Positions 1 through 32,906 of a stretch of DNA of 64,000 bases are shown one piece after another. The DNA lies in the NCBI GenBank assembly GCA_963693365.1, contig CAVNZM010000010.1, forward strand, positions 9,316,826 through 9,380,825. Reading direction: 5' to 3'. Origin of the DNA: Amoebidium appalachense (Eukaryota > Protista > Ichthyosporea). Below the pieces are notes generated by a model that made no database searches, had not been told where the DNA came from, and worked only from the letters and a program-made list of their open reading frames with translations. Numbering within the stretch: the stretch's first letter is position 1; the number at the start of each line of letters is the position of its first letter. A program made the position numbers and the translations under genes.

Positions 1-4075
<4,075 letters not shown>

Positions 4076-4622
4076 GGTCCAACACTGACTATGCGCTAAA
4101 CCTCCTTACAACCCTACGGCCTGGGCAGTTATTTCCCAATAAGAAGTGGCACTCGGTAGTTGGATGGTCCAGTCACTTCAGCTCAACTTGACTTGGGAAG
4201 CAAAAGGGGGTTTCTTAGTGTTACATGTCTGGATTTGGAATTGTGTTTCCAGCCAAAAGACCTTCTTCGTGGCATCACTGAAAGCAGCGCTAGTGTGCGT
4301 ACGTTAAAAGGCCATCAGGTGAATCTGTTCTTCGAACTTTATTGAGCCCCCCCATTTTGGCGCCAAATCTGGGTGTTTGCGCTATCCCTTGCCGTGAACG
4401 GTGAGCCACTCCGGCGGCCGGCTGTACTGTGTATGCTCTCGTTGTCTGTCACCAGTAGGGTGAGTCTATGAGTGGTAGGATGTATGTGTTGATAGTGGTA
4501 GTGTATAATGGTGGACGCGTGTGTTGAACTGGTGTGCTAACAAGCAAATCAACTTCTCGAGTAGTCACGTTTCGCTGCAGGCTGGGCACCTTTCTGCTTT
4601 GAGAGTGCGTGCAGAGAGGATC
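4076..4622. promoter_or_regulatory. Bidirectional promoter between the bromodomain gene and aprataxin, with palindromic E2F-type site TTTGGCGCCAAA (4356-4367)
   Basis: Divergent start codons ~550 bp apart. Repeat-free, CpG-containing island. Perfect 12-bp palindrome matching the E2F consensus TTTSSCGC on both strands. Confidence 0.55.
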
Positions 4623-15145
<10,523 letters not shown>

Positions 15146-16777
15146 CACCCAGGGCCCACACAGCAACACACACGTGACCTTGCGCATGCACACGTCTGTA
15201 CAGGCCATACATGGGCCCATGGAATCAGGTGTGCATTCGTATGGTGGTGGCATTGGAACGGTGCCACGCTGTCACAGCCGGGCCACCCACAGTGTGTAAT
15301 GCACCTGATTGGTCCGTGTTAGCTGTTACTGATTGGTCCGTGTTAGCTGGTATGTGCACGTGCACCGAGTAGGCTGTGCAGCGCTTGGCCTGGCTGGCAC
15401 ATCGCTTGCAAGGCTTGTGTGACCTCATGCATCTACTCTTGATATTTGCGCTACACTGCGCCTTGCTAGAGTCACCTATAAGCGTTGCATGTGGCATGCA
15501 GGCATCGTCCTTTCGCAATTTTCCCCAGGTGGGTGTGTTTTTTTTGTTTTTGTTTTTGTTTTTTTTTTGTTTTGTTTTTTTTTGGGGGGGGGGGACAACA
15601 AAGAGTAGTATGTTGCAGTTGCACGAAGTACGAGCTAGCAAGGTGAACACTGTTTTGGACAAGCCATTCCTGTCAGAGGATTGGTGAGTCTAGTTATGTA
15701 TGTATGGTGATCGCACAGATTTGAGTACCGGAAATATGATCTCTGGAAGACCAAATCAACCATGAATGGAGCGATACCGGGGTGCGCAGAAAGGGCTGAA
15801 ATCTTCCATGCATGCAGCCCATGCAAGAAAATAAATCTACATTTTTCTTTCAGAGCCCACGAATATTTTAACTCATGTGGCAAGCCATAGTCCTATTTTT
15901 TAATTATTCTATAGAAACATTTTTTGCGATAGAAAACTTCCCGCCTAAATTTTTATATTTGGCTAATGGGTGCGATCGCGCACCAATTATTGGTCCATAT
16001 ACTATATACAATTATTTTGCGATATTCCTACTTTTTACTTGTAATGTCGCCTGCAATATTGCAAGTGAGCAGAAGTACACGCACGGGATTGCTGCACTTT
16101 ATTCGCCGCTCCCTCCGGCCAATCCCGAAACGCAATCCCCCCGGATATGTACATTCACAGATGAACACACGGATACCTGTACAGTCGCTAAGGTGGGCAT
16201 TTGCACATGTGTTGTGTACTACGGTACAATACATATGCACAGCGTCAAGCAGTTGCATGTACCATACATCCTTTTTGGGTACAAACGCACATGCAGGCAT
16301 TATGCATACGTCATGCACGATCGACCAGCCATGCACCACGGCATACACATGCACAGTACTGGGTACTGAGCAGTTTAGTTTGATGTTCCATGAGTAACTA
16401 AAAAATAATATACCGGTGCGATTGGTTGCTCAAAGCCCGTCAAGTGAATCACGGGCAGTGTGAGTGCATCAAAACATTGAATCGATTACTCGGGACAGCA
16501 GCACCCTGGTGTCGCGACCCAAGTAGGGGCCCTGGCACACACCTGGCAGCCTGGCCCAGCATTTATTTACACATGAAACATTGAGTTGTTCGTTCAGCAT
16601 ACGCATATGAATAGTGGGTCGCACCACACGCTACCCCCGGCATTCGTGCAGTGTAGATAGATGCATCAAGCTAATGGTGCTCGTCTATTGGATGTGGCAT
16701 TCTGAACTATTTTATGTCTACGATATATGGTCATGGATTAAACTTGCTTGTTTCGGCCACCCCAAGAAAGTATTCGC

Positions 16778-16809
<32 letters not shown>

Positions 16810-16844
16810 ACAGATACCCGTGCGCGTAACCAATAACCATCTTA

Positions 16845-22127
<5,283 letters not shown>

Positions 22128-23959
22128 ATCTTTCTGTCTAAGATCCTCAATGTCACGTTTCTGCTTGCTCCTTCCGCACCGCCGCACCGACACGAAACCA
22201 ACTAAACAAGTCCCAGTCCACTTCATTGCACGTGAATGAACCTCAGCACACATACAGCCACATCTGCCCATTTATCTCGGCTGTGTGAGATATAAAGCGA
22301 CAGCGACATGTCATCACCATGCTCTCTGAAAGTGGGCGGATGTCACAAACATGAATACTATTATCATAAAAACCACCACTTTTGCGCGCTAAGAAAGGTT
22401 TTTCCCATCAATTTCCGTGCGAAAAGACTGGTGGCCTTAGAAGTACCTCTATACTTAAATTAAATTGCCGTCCAAGGGTATTTCTCCCCCCTATACGATA
22501 ATCGAGAAATACCCGGTGGCCTACCGAAAAAGACCCAACACTGACCACCTTTTTATTTTCTTTGTATAGGCCGGTGACACATGTACCATCGCATGTGAAT
22601 GTGTGCATGTGCCGCAAATGCAAGGTCCACCTATGCTGCGCTTGTGCACATTAAAACGAGAAACTGATAGATGTAACGACCAAAAGGCTTGTTGCCCTCT
22701 AATTACACAGCAGCATCAAACACGCACAGCCAGAAAGCCACCCAAACACTCGCACGGCCTCTTCCAACCCCACCAGCCCCACACTGCCTCCCACCCTAAC
22801 TGCGCCGTCGTGCCCAAACCCATACACAGCCGAAAATTTAAGTGCTAGAATATGCACAAGGACAGGCCAACCGTGTCACACATTCGCAGCAAGCCTGCCA
22901 CATACAGACACCGACGCTTGTGGGTGGGCAACCGCTTGCAGGTGCACGAGAGACTTCAAGAAGTTCATAATGTGTGCTGGAACCCAGGCAGAAGGAGTGA
23001 AGCAAACCCACCAAACACACGGGGAAAAAAAAACACCCGCGAAAAAAAAAAAGACACACATAGACACCGCACCCATTCCACCACCTTCATGCACATGCGC
23101 ACAACCACACATGCGCCCGTGCGGGCACATAGTGCACACCTACATCACCACCCACATGCACGCACTCACGCATGCAGACAGGCACACACACACGCACGCA
23201 CGAACAACCATCCGCACCCATGCAAGCACAAACATAAACAACCACACACGCGAACCTCACACACACGTGACCTCGCACCACTCGGACGTCACAGCCACAC
23301 AAACACAGCACTCTGTGCACAGCCACACACAGCATGCAAGAACTGTGCGCATTGGCCGAACAACGCCCAAAAAGCCATGCAGATAGGCGCACACAATCCC
23401 ACACACACAAACGCATGCACCCAGGCAGGCAGCAAGCGCTACACAAACGTAAACGAACCTCACATACAGTTGCCAGATACACGCAATCGGGGGGTATGCG
23501 CACACGCATGCGCACACGCGCACGAACCAAGCATGCATGCACGCGTGTACACTTACGCTTCTCCATCCTGGCTGGCTAATGCAGCTAGAGGCCGCGGTCG
23601 TTCTGGTTGCGCAATGCCTGTTTTGTGTAGTGAACTGCGTGTGCACAACTTCACGGTGTGTGTGTGGTTACTCGCCACTGCAGGAGCATAGGCTCAGGCT
23701 AGCACAGGGCAAAGTGAAGGCAGACATGGACTGAATACTGTGAGCTCAAGTCCACAACAGACCACGTACACTACATATGGGCACAGGGCCAAGGCCTCAC
23801 TGTCTGCTTGCCAGTATCTAGTTGTCTTCTGCCTAATCTTCGCGAAACTTTCTCTGAAAACCTCGCTGCTTTTTAGTGAGAAAAGTGGCCGGCTTGACGA
23901 GGAGTCCCCGTCACGGTAGATGATGAAGCTTGGATAACGGACGGAACTTCACTGACCCT

Positions 23960-24170
23960 GATCCAATAGTTTGACTCTAAAATAATTATGCCTTTTACCA
24001 ATGGAACAAGCACAAATCAAAAGTGTTTGTTACAGCTATTAAAACAACAGCCTTTGGGCATATCCAGTGGCACCACTGCGTGCAGCCAATCAGCATTGGC
24101 CTGAAATGGCGCGCTGCATGCCTTGCAGCCATTGGCGCACGACTGCTCTTTGCGGGTATATAAAGCGAGG
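23960..24170. promoter_or_regulatory. CCAAT-box cluster plus TATA box (TATATAAA ~24157)
   Basis: CCAAT at ~23963 and ~24086, ATTGG at ~24095 and ~24131, and GGGTATATAAAG. Lies just upstream of the putative distal SREBP exons. Confidence 0.4.
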
Positions 24171-24487
24171 CACCCGGGAGTCACAGTCGGAGGCTCGGTG
24201 TGCAGCCTGCTTTCGGAAACTGTGGGCCAACTGCAAAAAAAAAATGTGCCACAGCGTCGCCCACATTACAGTGACACCTGGGCTACAAATGAATAAAACA
24301 ACCCGTGGTTTGCGCCGTTAGGGGTTGATCTATCTAAGGGTAGCTCATCATAGCTCCTAATACTATCATGCTGGTATATGTTGTTCAAGGCTGGCAAATT
24401 GCGCACTGTGACATACTCTATACTGTAGAAGAACACTGCGCTCCCATCATGCTACACTTGCATGTGCCGGGTTGTGCTGTAAACTAC

Positions 24488-24527
<40 letters not shown>

Positions 24528-24562
24528 TGTGTCTGTGTCTGTGTGTGTGTGGGGGGGGGGGG

Positions 24563-24632
<70 letters not shown>

Positions 24633-24637
<5 letters not shown>

Positions 24638-25991
24638 TTTGTTTTTTGTTTTTTTATTTTATCACGTTTTGTTCCCGGAGAACCTTTTCAGGCCCTCTAG
24701 GGAAACTACCGTCTACCACACAGCACCGACAGTACACTAGTTAAGGTGCTATCTATGAGTTCAGCTGAGCTAAACCATCCTTCACAACCTAACTATAAGT
24801 ACACACTTTGCCCAGGGCTACTACCCCAGCCACGCCGGCAGGAGGCTCCAGTCCTCCCCTCCATTCAAAACCTAGCAATAAACGTTAACCGAGGGCTCTC
24901 ATTGGTCGATCTACAGTATTGGGAAGTCCTAGGTGTTGTGTATAATATTTACGGTGGGTATGGGTGGATGATGGGGTGTGGTGGTGGTGGTGGTGGGGGG
25001 TTGCTGCCTAACATTATGTGTTGTTGTACGTATGTTGTGGCGATGTTTTTGTGGACTAAAAGGTGGGTTTTACAGGGCACACCGGGTCTGTGTGTGTTCC
25101 GGCAGTCAGAACAGGCCGGCCGGGTGTGTGTGGGGGGTGTATTTGTTGGTGTTTTGGGTTTTTGGAGAGCCATACTGTTCTTTCTACGGGTGGTGGGTAT
25201 ATGGTGGTGTTTTTGCATTTTGGGGTGGGTGGGGGGGAGTGTTGTGTTCCGTGGGTGCCAAATTTTTGAAAAGAAAAAGGATTGCAACTCTACTGTGATT
25301 TTTCCTAAGATGGCCCGGGTGGTGGTCTTGGTGGTGCCGGTGGCTGCAAGTAGTGGGCCCACCGATAGTGGGCAGAATCCCCGTTCGACCCACTTGGTGT
25401 CTTCGGGGTCAGGTGGGTCACCGTTGCCTCCTATCCAGTTTATCCATGCACATTGGTCTACCACCGTGGCTGCCGTATGGTGGTGCTGTGCCGTGGGGGT
25501 GTTTGGATGACGAGTGTGCAGGACGTTGTGGATGCAGGCTGTGATGGCGGTGGTCAGGGTGGGGACTTCCCCGGCATGGGCCGGGCAGGCCCAGAGGTGG
25601 GTGGTGGTCTCAGGGTGCTGGCTGCACCGGGGGCATGTGGGCTGTGTAACGACGGTGGGGTGATCTCGATGTAGCCGTGCTATGGTAGGCAGGGTGCCCA
25701 TGGCCAGGGACAGGCTACGAGTGTTTCCTCTGCCTGCCCCGATGGTTGCCTGTGTGGGCCCCTTGTTGAGCTTGAGGGGGTTCCGTTCGGCTGGGAGCAG
25801 TCTGGGGTCGGCTAGTATGGACATAGCCTTGGTCTTGCCGGCCATGTCGGTGAGGAAGTCCTTGTTCAACCGGTTCAGTGTTCCGGGAATGTTGCCGGGG
25901 ATACGGTGGCCTTGTAGTCGTAGGAAGTATTTCCCCCCCCCCCTGGGGCCGGAGGTAGGGGGGGGGGGAGGGGGAGGACTCTTCCTGCATT

Positions 25992-25992
<1 letters not shown>
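24633..25992 (-). mobile_element. 5'-truncated non-LTR retrotransposon: C-terminal zinc-knuckle part of ORF2, 3' UTR and A-rich tail
   Basis: Open frame 24949-~25990 with TLPTIARLHR..CPRCSQHPETTTHLWACP (CCHC knuckle typical of non-LTR ORF2 C-termini) and IWHPRN. About 300 nt 3' UTR ending in A-rich tail. Flanked on both sides by (TG)n. Confidence 0.8.
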
Positions 25993-26059
<67 letters not shown>

Positions 26060-26801
26060 ACGGTGTGTGTGGTGTGTCAGTGTGCGACGCCGTGTCTGTG
26101 TCTGTGACGTGCGTGTGTGGTGGTGGTGGTTTTGTGTGTGGGGGTGGGGGAGGTGTGTGTGTGTGTGTTTTTTTTTTTTTTTTGTGTGTGCGTGTGTGTA
26201 TGTGTGTGTGTGTGTGTGTGTCTGTGTGTGTGTGTGTGTGTACGTGTGTGTGTGTGTGTGTATGTGTGCGTGTACATGTGTGCGTGTGTGTGTGTGTGTC
26301 GGTGTGCGTGTCGGTGTCCGTGTTTGTGTGTGTGGTGGTGGTACGTGATTGTGTGGATTTGCGTCCGTTCTGTTCAACATTTTCAAAAATTTCCCGCTGC
26401 GTGCGCGGGCCACCTATCGGCGGGCCGAGCCGAATTCAAGTATGATTCGTGTGACATGTATACCGGGCCGGGTGGGGCGCGGGGACAAAAGCTGTCAGTA
26501 GTACTGGGAAACTTGCTGGCAATGGTTCAACCTTGCATGAGGCCGGGCGAAAAAGGGGGGGGGGGGGGGGGGGAAGGGGGAAGGGGGGGGGGGGGGGGGG
26601 GGGGGGGGGGAGTTCCTGGGTTGTTCTGTCTCGGGGTAGTTTCAACATAAGAAAGGTTGGTCTATCCCAGGCATGTGCAGTACTGGAGTACACGAATGAG
26701 ACGTTACCTGCAATGTGAGTGGTCTAGATCTATCGATAGCCGAACAAAGGACTACAGCACATACATATATGCGGCTACTCTACAGGCTTCTGTCAATTAT
26801 G

Positions 26802-26917
26802 GTACAGTCGGTGCTGTGTGGAAGACGGTAGTTACTAATCCAGTCAAGAGAAAAACTTACGGCCCCTTGAGGGGTCCCCCCGGGAACAAAACGGGATAAA
26901 AAAAAGAAAAAAGAAAC
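26802..26917 (+). mobile_element. 3' tail of a related retroposon (SINE- or LINE-like) in opposite orientation
   Basis: Blocks GTACAGTCGGTGCTGTGTGGAAGACGGTAGTT and CCGGGAACAAAACGGGATAAAA match the reverse complement of 24656-24735, followed by an A-rich tail. Confidence 0.6.
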
Positions 26918-27240
26918 AGCTACGGTATACCGTTGTTCATGCACGTGTATTCCGTCACAGTGTGTTACGTATACATCACGTGTGTGCTCAACACAGGCAC
27001 ATACTTGCACGTGAACTTAAACACATGTGCTGAATACAGGCAAGTGTGTGTTCGATACGTGCACCTGCACGTGTGTGCCTGGGTAAATTGCAAAACCGTG
27101 CAAGTAGTAGTGTATGATGATTTATTAACATGCAAATTTAGTTTATGTTAATTTATTAACATGCAAATTTACGTTCAATTTCCTGCAGGTGTACGTGTGG
27201 CACGGGTTCCAGACAATCAGCGGCAAGTGCGTCACTGTTC

Positions 27241-27486
27241 AAGTGTACATGTTTATGCCACGTGTCAAACGTGTGTTCAAACACTGCATGTAAAATGTGC
27301 AAGTGTACATGTATATGCCACGTGTCAAACGTGTGTTCAAACACTGCATGTAAAATGTGCAAGTGTACATGTATATGCCACGTGCAAACGTGTGTTCAAA
27401 TACGGCATGTAAAATGTGCAGGTGTACATGTATATGCCACGTGTCAAACGTGTGTTCAAATACTGCATGTAAAATGTGCAGGTGTG
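27241..27486. repeat. ~60-bp tandem repeat, ~4 copies
   Basis: Unit AAGTGTACATGTATATGCCACGTGTCAAACGTGTGTTCAAACACTGCATGTAAAATGTGC aligns line to line. Confidence 0.95.
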
Positions 27487-27493
27487 CGCTCGT

Positions 27494-27525
<32 letters not shown>

Positions 27526-29378
27526 AGGGGGGAGGGGGGGGAGGGGGGGAGGGATGGGGCCCTTCCCCATTAGGTCCTGTAGCATGGCCAGCTGCTCCCG
27601 TCGTTTCAAAAGCAAGTTGCTATGATTTTGAAAGTTCTCACCCGAAACCACTGCCCACTGATGTACATGGCCAACCAACCAATCACAAACGGCCACCCTA
27701 CGGCTCACCGTCCACACCACCATCCTTACCATATTCAAGCGCCCAACCATGTAGGCAGAGTTAACTTGCTCCGAGCAGAATTATTAATGATCTGCAAAAA
27801 CCGAGGGTTATTCTGCAAGAGCAGAATTAATCTGATAGAAGCAGATTATTCTGCAAAAGGCAGAATTGTTTTGCAAAAAGTAGAATTATTGTTCAAATGC
27901 TGAATTATTCGGCATTAAGCAGAATTAATCTGCTTTAAGCAGACTTATCTTGGTAATGCTCACGTGCACCACCCAAAAAACAACAGCAACAACCACAAAA
28001 ACACCCAGACAGAAAAACTACAACTCAGACGACAGCCCCAACACATTCACCAATCGTCTGTTTAGAGTGTTACATGACCCACCAGCCCACACACCCATAT
28101 TTAGAATCTCCGGCTAATACGTGTAGAGGCCAACACGAAATTCGAAGCACTAAAGCCCTTGCAGGCAGTAAATTTAAACTTTCCCACTATGGGAACCACC
28201 GTACGCGTATTTTCACACACACACCCACACCCACCCACCCACCCACGTAAAACCCACACCCACGCCCACACCCACACGCACGCACGCACACACACGCGCG
28301 CACGCGCGCGCACACACACATATCCACACACATGTTCACGCTATTATTGTTTACACTAGCATGAATCACACGGGCTGCATACATGTGCACACAGAGTTCT
28401 GTAGCAGTAGGGATCATTTTGAATTTTTAAACTAAGTTAAAAACAGAAAGGTGGGGTGGGAGGTAGCAAGATCATAGGGACCTCCTGATTAACCCCGGAT
28501 GCAACCCATTACAGTATTCACTACCCCCCCCCCCCCCCCCCCCCCCCCTCCTCCCTCCACGACCACCACCATTTCTCCCCGGGGACCCACTGGCACACGG
28601 CACAGTATGTATACGTAGCACTCCGGCTGACATCACCTGCACGGTGTGTTATATAATGATCAAATCTAGATGTGGGCCTGCCAGAAGCATGCTGTACACC
28701 CTGAGCCTCATGCATGCGGCAGCTACACCCTCACGCGCTCATGCTTGCTAATGGCCAAAACGTAAATCTACTGGTCATGATCATCAGTTGCCCAACCGTT
28801 GCTATCGTCCGCATCAGATTGCCTGGCTGCCATAGTGCTGCACATATCCCTTTTTCTCTTTTCGGATGCTGGGGTGATGATGTGAATCTCACAAGCTTGT
28901 TGCTCACTCGTTCTATCCATCAGAACGCAGTCAGACTCCCTCCCCCCCCCCCCCCCCCCCCCCGGGATACCAATTCGGACTTGCCCGGAAGACTTCGCGT
29001 AAACCCTCGAGTTTCTAGCTTCCCATGCATGCATATGGCTCGACCGTGCACAATTGCTGACTGGCACCACATGTGCTAATAACCACAACGTTCAAATATT
29101 AACAACTACACTGTGTTCCGCTTTGACACATGTAGACACTGTGGCATACACACGTTGCAGCATACAGCACACATGCATACTGGCACACACACAGTGAGCA
29201 TGATAAAACATAGCTATAGCCCACTCATAATTTGAGGCCTTGCGGCTGCCAGTGGAACAAATGCAAGTACTTGGGAGCGACCCCCGGAGCGGGGGAGAGG
29301 CCGGGGGGGGGGGGGGGGGGGAGTGGGGTGCGCGGGAGAGAGCCACTCTTACGGGGTGGCGAGGGGGGCGTGTGGAGG

Positions 29379-29410
<32 letters not shown>

Positions 29411-29538
29411 TTCCCTCTGCCGGACTGTCTGTATTGCTTTGGTGGTATTCGGCCACTGCATCACCTCGTTTCGTTTGCACTGGGGCATTCATGGGAGCAG
29501 CCGTGTGGATAGGGCCACAGGGCACAGCCATGGTAACG

Positions 29539-29978
29539 CTATTTACTGATAGCAGGGGCTGCATGCTGGGTTAGTGGCTGCACATGCACAGGGCCAGTGC
29601 CCACTTTGCACTGCTGATGGCGGGGCATGAGGGTCCAGAGGGGCACAGGCTCCAGCAAGCAGGTGGGCCAGCACTGGTGGGGGGTGTGCCGTCCAGCAGG
29701 CAGCAAGGGCCATTGCCTGCTACCATGCAGCCACACACACACCAAGTGCTTGGAGGGTGGGGGGTCATGGGGCAGTCTCGGCAGTACCTGTGTGTGTGTG
29801 TGTGTGTGGTTGTGGTGTGCATGTGCGTGTGCGTATGAGTGTGAGAGTGAGCGTGAGTGTGCCTGTCTGCCTAACCGATTGTGTGCACATGTCATAGACA
29901 AATGCAAACACATGCCACCTGCCAGTATCATGAAGTCCTGTTTCAGCCTAACAGATCACATACACTAGGGGGAAGTAT

Positions 29979-30009
<31 letters not shown>

Positions 30010-30599
30010 AAAAAAAGAAAAAAATCCATTTGTGTATCTCAAGTTTGATGGATAAATGCACATTCATTCTGTGTTCGTGTGTGCGGATGTTTGTGGGTTT
30101 GTGGATGTGTAAAACATCTTCTCTTCCTCCCAGCATGAAAATCATGTGCAAGCGCACATACGTCTGAATGCCTATTTTTTTTTTGTGTGTTTGTGTGTGC
30201 GTGTGCGTATGCCAGCACGCGCGTGTGTACATGTGTGTGCGGTATACTGTATGTGTGTGCGTGTGTGTGCACACACCCTGTGTGTCTGTGTGTGTGTGTG
30301 CTTGCGTGTGTATGTGTGCGTATGTGTCTGCGCGTGCGCGGGCACACACACACACGCACGTGTGCATTTTATTTGTGAGCATGTGGATGTGCCTGTGCCT
30401 GTGCCTGTTGTGTGGCTGTGCGTATGTGTATGTATGCATGTGGTGTCTACATGTGTATATGCACCAGAGAGGGTGTGTGTGTTGTGTGTTGTGAATGTGT
30501 GAGTGAGTGAGTGTGTGGTGTACGTAAGAGACAGACAAGGAGGGGAAGAGGGGGGGGGGGGGAGGGAGAGGGAGAGGGAGAGGGAGAGGGAGAGAGGCA

Positions 30600-30662
<63 letters not shown>

Positions 30663-31839
30663 GAGAGACAGAGAGAGAGAGCAAGAGAGGCCGGGGGAGG
30701 GAGGGAGGGAGGGGTGGAGGGAGGGAGGGAGGGAGGGAGGGGTGGAGGAAGGGAGGAAGGGAGGGAGATAGGGAGGGAGGGAGGGAAGGAAGGAAGGAGG
30801 GGGGGAGGGGGGAGAGGGGGGAGGGGGGAGGGAGGGGGGAGGGAGGGGGGGAGGGAGGTAGGTAGGGAGGGAGGTAGGGAGGTAGGGTGGTAGGGTGGGA
30901 GGGAGGGAGGGAGGGAGGGAGGAAGGGAGGGAGGGTGGAGAGAGAATGTGTGCATAAGTACGGGCAAGTGCATTTGCATGTGCGGCTGCGTAAAACGGTC
31001 TCACAGGCCAAATTTTGTTTCTTCTGTGCTGTGTAATCCTGTGTGTGTGTGCGTGTGTGCCAATGTGTGCGATTTGCGTGTGTCTGCTGTCAAGCATGCA
31101 TGCATTTTGGTAACGGTGGTGATAACCGTTATTCGGGCGAGGGGGAATCGCAGGGTGGGGTGGGGAGGGGGGAGGGGGGGGGGGGGGGGGGGAAGAGAGA
31201 GGGGCAGGCAAGGAAACATGGAATGCAGATACAATGTGCCACGAACAAACATTGTGAGGCTTTGTGTGTGTGTGTACTGATTGCAGCAGGCACGCACCTG
31301 GCCGTCACCTTGCTGCACGCACACATGCCCCGTGCCACTCCGCATCGGCAGCCAGCCAGCCCAGCCAGGCCCATGTTGCCTCGTGCTCCTGGGCCCGCCC
31401 CTGGGCCAGCAGCACGGGGTCTGTGTCGGGAGGGATCTCTGTGGCACGCTGGCTGAAGGACACCTTGCGCCGGCTGTGTGCTGCCGGCACGGCCCTGAGG
31501 CCGCACACGGTCTCCAGGCCCTCCAGCCTGTCCCACAGGGCCGCCCGTGCGGCCTCTGCCCTTGTCAGCCTGCCGTCCAGGGCCCTCTGGGCCGCAAAAT
31601 CCTCGGCCAGGGCCGCAGCCAGGCTCTCCCCGTGCTCACCGGCAGGCACGGCCACAGCCTCCAGGGGGGTGGCCTCCTGGCCGGCCACCTGCATGGCCTC
31701 GTCCTCGCTGTCCACCGTCACCACCATAGGCGGCTCCTCACTGAACGACACCCGCCGGTCGCTGTGCTGCCCGGCTGCCCGCCCCGTGCCTGACGCCATC
31801 CTGCCCCCCCGCATCAACACCCTGACTGCTCTCACCCGC
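29539..31839 (-). CDS. Hypothetical protein with two RVxF motifs and a short coiled coil (candidate PP1-interacting protein)
   Basis: GC-rich coding-like exon 31380-31839 with RRVSFSEE and RRKVSFSQ and the helix AQRALDGRLTRAEAARAALWDRLEGLE. It continues in phase through a GC-AG intron (31313-31379), a 15-nt exon (31298-31312) and an exon starting at 29787. Gene ends are uncertain. Confidence 0.55.
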
Positions 31840-32874
31840 TAGCAAAACAAACACCTGCAGCACCCAGCAGGCCCACAGCCCCAGCCAGCACCACACAGCA
31901 CACCACAGCACAAGGGCACATGCTTGCAGAAAAGGCCAAGCATGTGCACTATTGAGTCAAGCAAACCCTGGGGGCAATAGAACAATAATGACAGGAGCTT
32001 GCGGCCCGTCCAACGCAAAAAGGCAAGACTGCTAAAAGTCAAAACGAAGGCAAAGCCTTTCTAGAGAGATAAGAGTCAGTTGGGAAGGGACTGAAGGGCA
32101 CTGAGGTGGGCAGGGAACTGTGAACTTTGACCGTATGTGCAAGTGGGCAGTCAACCATGGACCCCCTCCCCCCCCCCCCCAAAAAAAAAAAGGTGAAAAA
32201 AAGAATAAAACGAGAGGCAGCAGGTGTGTGCAAACGTGTCTACAACGACAGAAAGTGCCCTTAAAGGGCAACAAGGAACCTATGTGCGCATCGAGTTAGT
32301 AGAAGGAGAGGGCAAACGAGCGAAAAAGGAGCCCTCCCTAACGTAGTTTGCGGGAAACAATCGACCGAAGAAAACTAAGCCCGCATATGGCAGCAAGGAG
32401 CTATAATAATATGGACAGGCTTGAAAGTCAATACGGCTGCGCAAGAGTGAGTGAGTGGTGAGAGGGAGAGGGGCTGGGGGGAAAGAGGGGGAGGCTCTCA
32501 GCCGGGGAGGGGGCGGGGCAGAGGGGGGAGGGGGAGGGGGGTAAGGGGGCAAACAAGGAACGTAACAGCAAAACACCCTATTTCCCGAAAAATGAGCCCT
32601 GAAACAGCTCCTCCCCCTACCCCTCCCCTTTCCCCTCTCTCCAATTCATCACCCTTCGCCGCTCTGTCAAGTCCCACAACCAACCTCACTCTCCCACCAA
32701 CGTGACCCTCGATTCCCCAACTCCTCGTCCAACCGTACCTTCCACGGCCTTGCCCCCCATGCTTAGGTGCACATGCAGGGTCGTCTGCCTGCCCCCTCCC
32801 TCCCCCCTTCCCTCCCCCCCCCCCCCCCCCCCTCCCCCCCCCCCTCCCCCCTCCCCCCCACCCCCCTCCCCCCA

Positions 32875-32906
<32 letters not shown>

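Noticed and set aside
23870-23962. Box C/D or U3-like snoRNA (AGTGAG, ATGATGA, CTGA)
   Set aside because: The C-to-D distance is too short, there is no terminal stem and no U3 box A upstream. An isolated GGGATCATTT at ~28410 also lacks the rest of U3.
26878-26900. GAACAAAACGGGATAA as RNase P/MRP CR-V or a ribozyme core
   Set aside because: No complementary CR-I (GGAAAGTC) or hammerhead/HDV core was found nearby.
31303-31312. In-frame TGA just before a splice donor as readthrough or selenocysteine
   Set aside because: A 67-nt GC-AG intron removes the problem more simply.
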